From an uncultured bacterium (GTDB lineage: Bacteria; Abyssobacteria; SURF-5): 64,000 bases of DNA. Shown piece after piece: positions 1 through 8,093 of this stretch. The notes below the pieces were generated by a model that was not told where the DNA came from, searched no databases, and saw nothing but the letters and a program-made list of their open reading frames with translations. Numbering within the stretch: the first letter of the stretch is position 1; each line of letters opens with the position of its first letter. The position numbers were made by a program, and so were the translations under genes. The stretch is taken from positions 32,001-96,000 of the forward strand of contig CAZSKP010000015.1 of the NCBI GenBank assembly GCA_964607485.1. The letters run 5' to 3'.

Positions 1-124
1 CTCAAGCGAGCGAGTCCGGACAGGCCACGTCGGCGCTGCATTGAGAACAAGAAACCGACCCCATCTACTGTGTAGAGGAGTAGGGAATCGGTGGAAGCGG
101 GATAGTCTGCGATTCTGCTCCGGA

Positions 125-1192
125 TCAACCTCTCCTCGCGTACTTCTCGAGCATCTCCGTTGCGGCGCTTATGACCATCTCCGGCGTGATCCTCGTCATG
201 CACTCATGGTTCGTGGGACATTCCTTGATGTGACAGGGGACACAGTCAAGGTCGTCCACTCTGAGCACCGTCGTCTTTTCGAGGTTGCAGTTCGTGTAGC
301 GCGGGTCGGTCGGCCCCATCAGGACCACAACGGGCCTGTCGAATGCGACCGCGAAATGCCGCGGCCCGGAATCGACGGTTATCAACAGATCGCATCGCTT
401 GATGACGGACTTGAGAAGGTCGAGCGCCACGTCTTCTTCGGCGAAGTTCGCCGGCCGTGAGCGAGCCGCTCCGGCGATATCGGCAACTATCTGCTTTTCG
501 CCCGGTCCTCCCAGGAGCGCCACGTCGCAGTTCTTGCGCTCGACAAGGTTGTCGGCCACCTCGGCGAAGCGCGCCAGCTCCCATAGCTTCGACGAGCCAT
601 AGGCCGCTCCTGGATTGATAGCGACGACCGCCTTTTCCTTTCCGATTCCGTGCTTGTCGAACAATTCCTCCGCGCGCTGCTCCGAGGCCGCATCGACGAA
701 AAGTTCTGTCTTCTTCGAGTCCGCCGTGGCGCCGACCGCCTCGCAAAGCCGAAGGTAGTAGTCCACCATCGGTTGAGGCACGAACGTGCCGTTATCGGTG
801 GGAGGGGGAATGGGGTCGGTCAGCAGGAAGCCGCGTCCCTGCCGGTCGTATCCGACGCGGCGTTTCGCGCCGGAGAGGAACGCGAGAAGGGCGGAGCTGA
901 ACGAGTTGGGGAGCACCACCGCGAGGTCGTACCGGTTCCGTCGAAGCGCGCGAACGTAGCCGAGGAGCCCCGTCACTCCCCTGTGCTCGCCGTGGCGAGA
1001 GTATTCGATAATCCCGTCGAACCAGGGCGCGCTCTCGACGATCTTGCGGACATACGGGACCAGCATCAGGTCGATGCGCGCGCTGGGGAAATGCAGCCGG
1101 AGGCAGCGGAGCGCGGGCGTCGCCATGACGACGTCGCCCACCCAGTTGGGGAGCCGAACGAGAATGCGTTTGTAGTCCGAAGAGGTATTAAT
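125..1192 (-). CDS. waaF: Lipopolysaccharide heptosyltransferase II (GT9)
   Basis: KRILVRLPNWVGDVVMATP N-terminus, NPGAAYGSSKLW and DSGPRHFAVA GT9 motifs. The ORF track starts at GTG 1141, inside the conserved motif; the frame is open to an ATT at 1190-1192, so the start is inferred. Confidence 0.88.
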   Translation of the reverse strand: MNTSSDYKRILVRLPNWVGDVVMATPALRCLRLHFPSARIDLMLVPYVRKIVESAPWFDGIIEYSRHGEHRGVTGLLGYVRALRRNRYDLAVVLPNSFSSALLAFLSGAKRRVGYDRQGRGFLLTDPIPPPTDNGTFVPQPMVDYYLRLCEAVGATADSKKTELFVDAASEQRAEELFDKHGIGKEKAVVAINPGAAYGSSKLWELARFAEVADNLVERKNCDVALLGGPGEKQIVADIAGAARSRPANFAEEDVALDLLKSVIKRCDLLITVDSGPRHFAVAFDRPVVVLMGPTDPRYTNCNLEKTTVLRVDDLDCVPCHIKECPTNHECMTRITPEMVISAATEMLEKYARRG

Positions 1193-2687
1193 AGCTCCTC
1201 ACCGCTGTGAACAGATTGTATTTGTAGCCGTAGTGCGGTTCCCGCGAGAGCGTCAGCGCCCGCGAAACCTCTTTGTCAATCCGCACGATTGAGTCCTGTG
1301 CCTCGGCCCAGTCTGCGGCCGGGATTTTCTCGGCGTGCTCGATGAGCCTGGCGTACAGTGAAGAACTCGAAAACTCCGCGCGGGCGTTGACGTGCCATGG
1401 AAACGTCGTCTTCAGCTTCTGCAGGAACAGGTTGTGCTCAGGCCCGAAGTCGAGCGCGGATTCGTCGGTGAAATTCGTCAGCCTGTCGAGCTTATCGAAA
1501 TCTATGAATCCTCCCTCGCGCGCGATGTCGTACGCCCGCGTGTTCACATAGGGGAAGAAGACCGACCAGCGGAACCGGCCGGGTTTTATGCGCGCAAGGA
1601 GGTCGATTGTCTCGTGCACTTCGGCCATCGTCTCGTGCGGGAACCCTATGATGACGAAGGCCGACGTGTGAAGTCCGAAGCGTTCGGCGGTGGAAAAGGC
1701 GCGCGCTATGTCGTCGTTCGACATGCGTCGGTTCAGTATCTCGCGTCTTACGCGCTCGCTTCCGCTTTCCAGTCCGAACTTCACGATGCGGCAGCCGGCG
1801 TCCTTCAGGCAGCCGGCCACCTCCTCGTCGAACGCCTTCACGTGCGCATTGCACACAAACGGCATGCCGATGCGCGAGCGGTATTCCTCGCAAAATTCTT
1901 TCAGGTGTTTCTTGTTGAGCGTGAACAGGTCGTCGTCGAAGATTATCATGTTGATGTTCGCGTACGACGAAAGCAGCGTTTCTATTTCCTCGACGACATC
2001 GTTCACGGCATGGTGGCGGATGTAGCCGAGCTCAGAGGCGGCACAGCCGAGGTCGCGCTGATAGAGCTCGCGCAGCCGATGATTGAAACAGTAAGAGCAA
2101 CTGAACGGGCAGCCTCGCGAGCTCATGATGCCGACCCATCCGTCCTTCGCGTCGATCATTTTCTGGAAGTCGAAGATTTCGTAGTCTTTTCGGGGAAGTG
2201 ATCCGAGCGGGACGAACGGACGCACCTTGTTGCGGATGACGCTGCCGTTGCATTTGCACCAGATATTTTCTATTTCGGTCGCCGGTTTCCCTTTGTCCAT
2301 TGAATCGGCAAGCTCCACCATCGCCTGCTCGCCTTCGCCGATGCACACATAATCGAAGCAGTCCTCCTGCAGCACGCCTTCGGGGTCCATCGTGGGATGA
2401 ATGCCGCCGCAGACGATGGGAACGTCGGAATAGCTCTTGATGTCGCACGCGATCTCGCGCGCGATGGAGTACTGGTTTGTCACCACCGAAAATCCGATCA
2501 AGTCGGGCTCGAAGGCGGCGACCTCTTCCCGCACCCTTGGAAGGTCGAACCCGAAACCCAATTGCTCGTTCATATTGAGCAGCGCCGTCGAGTGGCCGTG
2601 CTCCTTCAGACACGCCGACAGGAACGCCACGCCGTAGTTGAATCCCACCTGCGCGTTGAGGTTCGGATATATGAAGAGCACCTTCAT
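1188..2687 (-). CDS. Cobalamin-binding radical SAM protein
   Basis: N-terminal B12-binding-like domain (GGIHPT, GEGE), SRGCPFSCSYC CxxxCxxC motif, DDLF and GLESGS motifs. Confidence 0.9.
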   Translation of the reverse strand: MKVLFIYPNLNAQVGFNYGVAFLSACLKEHGHSTALLNMNEQLGFGFDLPRVREEVAAFEPDLIGFSVVTNQYSIAREIACDIKSYSDVPIVCGGIHPTMDPEGVLQEDCFDYVCIGEGEQAMVELADSMDKGKPATEIENIWCKCNGSVIRNKVRPFVPLGSLPRKDYEIFDFQKMIDAKDGWVGIMSSRGCPFSCSYCFNHRLRELYQRDLGCAASELGYIRHHAVNDVVEEIETLLSSYANINMIIFDDDLFTLNKKHLKEFCEEYRSRIGMPFVCNAHVKAFDEEVAGCLKDAGCRIVKFGLESGSERVRREILNRRMSNDDIARAFSTAERFGLHTSAFVIIGFPHETMAEVHETIDLLARIKPGRFRWSVFFPYVNTRAYDIAREGGFIDFDKLDRLTNFTDESALDFGPEHNLFLQKLKTTFPWHVNARAEFSSSSLYARLIEHAEKIPAADWAEAQDSIVRIDKEVSRALTLSREPHYGYKYNLFTAVRSY

Positions 2688-2717
2688 GCCAAACTGCGCT
2701 CCGGAATCTTCATGCTG

Positions 2718-4190
2718 TTAAATTCGTTTTCTGTTTTTCACAATCCGCGACATGATGCCCGAGCTTGATGTTCCCTCGATAAGCGGGGCAAGCTCCACCC
2801 GGCCGCCGTACGATTCCACGAAGTCGCGGCCGACCACGGTATCCTTCGTGTAGTCGGCCCCCTTCACGAGCACGTCGGGCTTTATGGCCTTGATGAGTCT
2901 GAGCGGTGTGGTCTCGCCGAATATCACGATGTAATCCACCTGCTCGATGGCCGAAAGGATGTAAGCGCGCTCGTTCTGGTCCAACACCGGCCTTCCCGCT
3001 CCCTTGAGCTTTCTGACCGACGCGTCCGAATTCAGGCCCACGATGAGAATTTCGCCGTTGTTCTTCGCGAATTGAAACAGCTTGATATGGCCGACGTGAA
3101 GCAGGTCGAAGCAGCCGTTGGTGAACACGACTCGCTGGTTTCGCCGCCGGTGTTCTTTGCAGATGGAAATGAGCTCGTCGAGCGGTTTCACCTTGTGCGA
3201 CGCGATGTGATGAAAACCGAGCAGCTCCTGAATGATTTCCGCCCTCGTGACCTGCGCGGCGCCGACCTTGCCGACGACTATTCCTCCGGCCACGTTGGCG
3301 ATCTCGGCGGCCTCCTCGATGGTTCCTCCTCCGGCAAGCACGTATCCGAGCAGGCTGAGGACAGTGTCGCCCGCGCCCGTTATGTCGAACACAGGCCGGC
3401 TCAGACCGGCGATGTGGACGGGCTTGGACGCCTTCCTGAAAATCGTCATTCCCTCGCTTCCCTGCGTGATGACGAGATGCTTTGCCTTTGTCATGCTCAG
3501 GAGCTTGCGGGCCGCCGCCTCGAGCGAAGGCTTGTCAACTATCTCGATGCCCGACGCCTGCGCGGCCTCCGCGCTGTTCGGCTTCAGCACGGCGCATCCG
3601 TTGTAAGAGCGGAAGTCTCTCTGCCGCGCCGGGTCGATGAGCGCAGGCTTGTCGTATTTCCTGCACGCCGACAGAATATCCGCGACCAGTTCGTCGGGAA
3701 TCGTTCCCTTCCCGTAATCAGAGAGCAGCACGGCGTCGCACGAAGGAAGCAGCCGCTCGATGTTTTTCAGCATTTTGGCTTGAAGCGATTGGCTGAGCTC
3801 GCGCGCCTCCTCCTTGTCCACCCGGAGCAGTTGCTGGCTGTGAGCAATCATCCGGGTCTTCACAATGGTCGGGCGCGTCTTATCCCGGAGTACTCCCGAT
3901 GTATCGGCCTTGAGCCTGCCGAGCATCCGGCAGAGGGAGCGGCCGTGGGTGTCGTCGCCCACGACTCCGCAGCAGAGCACGCGCGCGCCGAGCGCGGCAA
4001 GGTTGGCCGCGACGTTGCCCGCGCCGCCTGGCCGGGACTCTTCCGATTTCACCTTCAACACCTGCACGGGCGCCTCGGGCGAGATTCGCTCGACGTCGCC
4101 CCACACGTAGAGGTCGAGCATCAGATCGCCGACCACCAGGACGGTGGGTGGCTGAATCGATTCCAACCGGGCAAGGAGCGTACTTTTCAT
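2718..4190 (-). CDS. hldE: Bifunctional heptose 7-phosphate kinase / heptose 1-phosphate adenylyltransferase
   Basis: GDLMLD..RISPEAPV and DITGAGDT PfkB kinase domain plus FTNGCFDLLHVGH nucleotidyltransferase domain. Confidence 0.95.
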   Translation of the reverse strand: MKSTLLARLESIQPPTVLVVGDLMLDLYVWGDVERISPEAPVQVLKVKSEESRPGGAGNVAANLAALGARVLCCGVVGDDTHGRSLCRMLGRLKADTSGVLRDKTRPTIVKTRMIAHSQQLLRVDKEEARELSQSLQAKMLKNIERLLPSCDAVLLSDYGKGTIPDELVADILSACRKYDKPALIDPARQRDFRSYNGCAVLKPNSAEAAQASGIEIVDKPSLEAAARKLLSMTKAKHLVITQGSEGMTIFRKASKPVHIAGLSRPVFDITGAGDTVLSLLGYVLAGGGTIEEAAEIANVAGGIVVGKVGAAQVTRAEIIQELLGFHHIASHKVKPLDELISICKEHRRRNQRVVFTNGCFDLLHVGHIKLFQFAKNNGEILIVGLNSDASVRKLKGAGRPVLDQNERAYILSAIEQVDYIVIFGETTPLRLIKAIKPDVLVKGADYTKDTVVGRDFVESYGGRVELAPLIEGTSSSGIMSRIVKNRKRI

Positions 4191-5143
4191 CGACCTTTCC
4201 CCTCGGCCATGCAGATGATTCCCATACGCAGCAGCGGCAGCATGATTTCATGATGGCCGGTTATGGAATAGCCGCGCTTCGTCGGCCTGCCGACGACATT
4301 CGTGTTGGGCCGGTAATGCTGGTGCATGTCCAGATTGGCCGTCGTAAATTTCTCTATCCGGTTGCCGAGATTGCGGGCGACGCTGAGAGCCTTGAGGAAC
4401 ACCTCGGGCATGATCACCGCCGAGCCTATGTTCATCCACACGCCTCCTTCGAGGTCCGCCACGACCGAGACAAGCGTGCGGAAATCCACGTGGCTGGCTG
4501 CGGCCAGCTTCTCGGGCGCAAAGTTCGGGTGCATGCTCACCGTATCGGTTCCGAGCGCCAGCATCACGGCGGCGGGCCGGTCGAGTTCGGCTGCGGCGGC
4601 CAGGATGCTGTATCGCGAGTACGGGTTCTTCTGCGAGAGTATCAGCCTGCCGAGCGCTTGTCCGAGTCCGGTTCTCTTCTTCCCGGCCAGGCGGGCGGCA
4701 CGGGCGAATGCCGATGGAGTCTCGCGCACCATCCCGAACGAGCCGTCCCTGAGCGCGGCATCGACATCCTCGGAGGTGCGGCCGACGAGCGAGATTTCGT
4801 AATCATGTATGGCGGTCGCTCCGTGCATTGCGACGGCTGTGATGAATCCTCTTTCCATCAGGTCTATCACGACAGGGCCGAGCCCGCACTTGACGACGTG
4901 CCCGCCGAAGGCGGCGACGACTGGCCTGGAGTGTTCCCTCGCGGCGACGATGTCCTTCATTAGCGCCTTCAGGTTCGAGGCTGCGAGCACTTCGGGGAGC
5001 GATGAGATGAACTCGGCGAAGGTGGCGTCGGGCTCGGGCAGGGAAGCGAACTGTCGCAGCGACACCTTCGTCTTCCGGTCGGTAACGCCGTGTGTCTTCA
5101 CCCGCTTGAGGCTGGCTGGTTTATATTTCTTTTTCTTTGCCAT
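4187..5143 (-). CDS. Deoxyhypusine-synthase-like protein of unknown function (GSU2086-type family)
   Basis: GGHVVKCGL, HDYEI, GSAVIMPEVFLKAL and GHHEIMLP motifs; start moved to ATG 5143 (MAKKKKY) to avoid overlap with the upstream gene. Confidence 0.7.
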   Translation of the reverse strand: MAKKKKYKPASLKRVKTHGVTDRKTKVSLRQFASLPEPDATFAEFISSLPEVLAASNLKALMKDIVAAREHSRPVVAAFGGHVVKCGLGPVVIDLMERGFITAVAMHGATAIHDYEISLVGRTSEDVDAALRDGSFGMVRETPSAFARAARLAGKKRTGLGQALGRLILSQKNPYSRYSILAAAAELDRPAAVMLALGTDTVSMHPNFAPEKLAAASHVDFRTLVSVVADLEGGVWMNIGSAVIMPEVFLKALSVARNLGNRIEKFTTANLDMHQHYRPNTNVVGRPTKRGYSITGHHEIMLPLLRMGIICMAEGKGR

Positions 5144-5166
5144 CGAATCCTGCCGGTTGAATGTTG

Positions 5167-6063
5167 TCAGTATAGTGGAGCCTCTCCGGGAGGCCGGGTT
5201 CGCCATCTGCGGTGAACCCAAAACCACTGGCCCGGATACTTTCTGACGTACTCTTCAAGGACGTCCACGCATTTTTGCGTTGTGGCGACCACGTCGGCTT
5301 CCAGGTCGCCCGTCTGGACGACCTCTATCGGTTTTTCGACTATCAGCCTGTGTTTGCCCGGGGCTTCCCGGAGCATGAACGCCGGCACGAGAGCGGCGCC
5401 CGTTCTCAGGGCGAGCACTGCCGGTCCGGGCGTCGTCGCGGCCTTAATTCCGAAGAAATCGACAAAGACATTCTCTTTACGGGTATTCTGGTCGGCGAGA
5501 ATTCCCACTATTTCGTTTCGCTTCAGCTTCCGCACTATCCCGAGCGCCGACGTGCGCCGCGCCATCATCTTCAGCCCCGATGATTCCCTGATTTTGCGTA
5601 CTACTTCCTCCAGTTCGGGGTCGTCGAGCGGCCTTGCCACCGCCGATATCTTGTATCCGGCTATCGCTCCTGCTGCGGCCATCAGCTCCCAGTTGCCGAA
5701 ATGAGAGGCGAGCAGCACCACTCCCTTTCCCGCCTCCAGACACGCATCCAGCCGCTCCCCGTGTTCGGGAGTAATAAACTTGACGCCCTGATCGTAGGTG
5801 AGCGACGGAATCCGCATGAATTCGACTGCGGTCTGACCGACATTGCGAAAGACATCCTTTATTATTTGGTCGATCTCTTCGTCCGACTTGGAGTCGCCGA
5901 AGACCATGCGCAGGTTGTGGCGCGCCACTCTTCGATGACGTGCGTCAAGAATGCGCCCGACATCTCCCAGGACTATCCCGACGCGAGCGGCGGCGACGGG
6001 CGACAACCGACCGAAGAAGCGTGTCAGAACCGCTGCGATGCATCTTAGAATAGCTCCCTTCAT
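5167..6063 (-). CDS. Lipid A biosynthesis late acyltransferase (LpxL/HtrB family)
   Basis: HFGNWE, LADQ, VDFFG and PGQWFWVHRRW motifs. Confidence 0.9.
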   Translation of the reverse strand: MKGAILRCIAAVLTRFFGRLSPVAAARVGIVLGDVGRILDARHRRVARHNLRMVFGDSKSDEEIDQIIKDVFRNVGQTAVEFMRIPSLTYDQGVKFITPEHGERLDACLEAGKGVVLLASHFGNWELMAAAGAIAGYKISAVARPLDDPELEEVVRKIRESSGLKMMARRTSALGIVRKLKRNEIVGILADQNTRKENVFVDFFGIKAATTPGPAVLALRTGAALVPAFMLREAPGKHRLIVEKPIEVVQTGDLEADVVATTQKCVDVLEEYVRKYPGQWFWVHRRWRTRPPGEAPLY

Positions 6064-6199
6064 CTACCCCCAGCCGGCGTGTATTGTCGTAACCTGTTAG
6101 CATGCAAGGGACTATAGTCTGAATATCATTATAGGGGAATGGCGCTGAAAACTCAAGCGTTGAAGAAAAGGAGTCCGGAGACAGTTCTTTCCGAACGAG

Positions 6200-7882
6200 C
6201 TACAGTCCCCACGTGTGGCTGAACCCGATGCTGGCGGTCCAGTCGCGCGAGTGGTCGTTCAGGCCGGTGGACGCGGCGACGCCCCATTTCCAATCGTGAA
6301 GGAAACCGATGTCGGGCAGCGGTCCGGTCAGACCCAGGCGGGCCTCCGCATATGCATTGCCGAAGTCGCCCTGAGAAATGTTGGCAGTGGTCTTCCCATT
6401 GGTGGAGCCCTCGACCTCTGACCACAGCACGAGCATGGGCACAATCTCGTATTCCGCCGCAACGCCCCAGACGAAATAATCGTCCTGGCGCGCGAGTCTT
6501 TGCGGGTCTCCCTGTATGGCTATTCCGGCGTTCAGGTGGGTCGTCAGGCGGCCCAAGGGAGAGTCGCCGGCTAGTTGCGACCAATCGGTTGAAAAGAGAG
6601 CTTTGGCTATGAAGTCGGCCTCATCCGTGCCGAGAGCCTTCTCGTTGTCTGAACTGGGCGCCTTCGTCACAAACTGGATGCTGGCCCTTCCGTACCTGCA
6701 TTCAAACGGCGATGCCTTGAACTTTATCCTCACATCGCCCCTTCCGTGCTCATTCACATCGGTTTCCACGACGGCTCCTCCCGAGCCGAAGCGCACGCTA
6801 TCCTCAACCTTCAGATATTGGAATTCGAGCTCGACGTCGGCCCACGGCCCGACTCCCCATCCTACGGTCAGGTCGGGCAGGATGTAGAGGTCGGAGTCGT
6901 CGGGCTGGTTGACATAACCGAGCGCCAGTTCCGCGCGGAAGTTGCGTTCGCCGATCGTGTAAGCCTCCTCGGTCTTAAGAGGATTATAGTACGACTCGGG
7001 GGCGGCGCCTTCTCTGCGAGGGGGTGTCGCAACTTCGGTCGGGCCGCCGGGGCCCCACATTCTGCTCATGCCAAACTGAACGCCCCAGTCCTCCGTGTGG
7101 CTGTTGACGCCCTTGAAGCCGCTGACGCCCCATCTCCAATCGCCTATCGGGCCTGTGAGCGCCAGCCGGGCTCTCGCCCGTGCCACGCCCTCTGAACTCT
7201 CTGCGATGTTCTCCGTAAACCCGACGGTTCCGTGTTCCGCCGCGGTGGAGCCCTCGATTTCTCCCATCAGCGTGAGAGAATCCGTGAGCGCATACTCACC
7301 GCCGACACCCCAGACAAAGAAATCGTTCTGGTTTGAATTCCTCGAGGGGTCGCCGAGCACGGCGAAGCCGGCGTTCAGATGTGTGGTGAGCCGGCCCCAA
7401 TCGCTCGAGAGGAGCGCTTGCGAGGTAAAGTCGGTCTCATTTGTACCGAGCCCTTCGCCCTGGTCGGCGTTGGGAAGCTTGGTTATGAACTGAAAGCCCA
7501 TCCGGTGGCGACCGAACTCGTATGGGACGACCTTCAGCTTGATTCTCAGGTCGCCCGTGCCTTCGTCATCGTGGTCGATGTTGGTTTTTCCGGTGGCATA
7601 TTCGGTGAAGTCGGTGCCCCTCACGATGAGGTATTCATATTCAAACTCCAGGTCGGCCCAATCGCTCAGGCCGTAGGTCAGTCGCACGCGGGGAAGGTTG
7701 TACAATTCGGAGGCATCGGGCTGTTTGGTGACGCCGAACTCAATTTCGGTCTGAAAAATTCCCTGCCCGACCGTATACGCCTCTTCCGTGTCGAGCATGT
7801 GATATTCTTCCGCGAAGCATCTGAAGGGGGACAGAAGTGAGCACAGGAGGGACAAGGAGACACACACCAGTGATGCTCGCAT
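6200..7882 (-). CDS. Exported protein with two tandem homologous beta-barrel-like domains (putative outer-membrane transporter)
   Basis: Signal peptide (MRASLVCVSLSLL...CFA); two halves share TEEAYT, GD(L/V)RIK, GLGT/ALGT, GRLTTHLNAG and FVWGV motifs; alternating aromatic/polar strands; C-terminal W. Confidence 0.7.
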   Translation of the reverse strand: MRASLVCVSLSLLCSLLSPFRCFAEEYHMLDTEEAYTVGQGIFQTEIEFGVTKQPDASELYNLPRVRLTYGLSDWADLEFEYEYLIVRGTDFTEYATGKTNIDHDDEGTGDLRIKLKVVPYEFGRHRMGFQFITKLPNADQGEGLGTNETDFTSQALLSSDWGRLTTHLNAGFAVLGDPSRNSNQNDFFVWGVGGEYALTDSLTLMGEIEGSTAAEHGTVGFTENIAESSEGVARARARLALTGPIGDWRWGVSGFKGVNSHTEDWGVQFGMSRMWGPGGPTEVATPPRREGAAPESYYNPLKTEEAYTIGERNFRAELALGYVNQPDDSDLYILPDLTVGWGVGPWADVELEFQYLKVEDSVRFGSGGAVVETDVNEHGRGDVRIKFKASPFECRYGRASIQFVTKAPSSDNEKALGTDEADFIAKALFSTDWSQLAGDSPLGRLTTHLNAGIAIQGDPQRLARQDDYFVWGVAAEYEIVPMLVLWSEVEGSTNGKTTANISQGDFGNAYAEARLGLTGPLPDIGFLHDWKWGVAASTGLNDHSRDWTASIGFSHTWGL

Positions 7883-8015
7883 TCCGATATCCTTTCCACA
7901 TGTCACCGTTGGCTCCGGAATCTCTATAGAACATAGAACTCACCTCCGTGCGAATCCTTGCCAGGGGATTGCCGGAACGATTCTTGGGGTCTGTCGTCTG
8001 AACGCGCAATAAAGA

Positions 8016-8044
8016 AATATAGCACGGGATTGCGCCGTTGTCAA
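8016..8044 (-). promoter_or_regulatory. Putative sigma70 promoter for the beta-barrel gene
   Basis: TTGACA-N17-TATATT on the minus strand. Confidence 0.55.
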
Positions 8045-8093
8045 AAGGCGGCCGCAACGCCTCGCCGCAGGCCGTTACCTTTCATTCCGGGCT

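Noticed and set aside
1-128. Possible next gene starting at a TTG overlapping the waaF stop, plus an imperfect hairpin at ~54-92
   Set aside because: Only ~42 codons are visible and no motif is recognisable, so it cannot be supported
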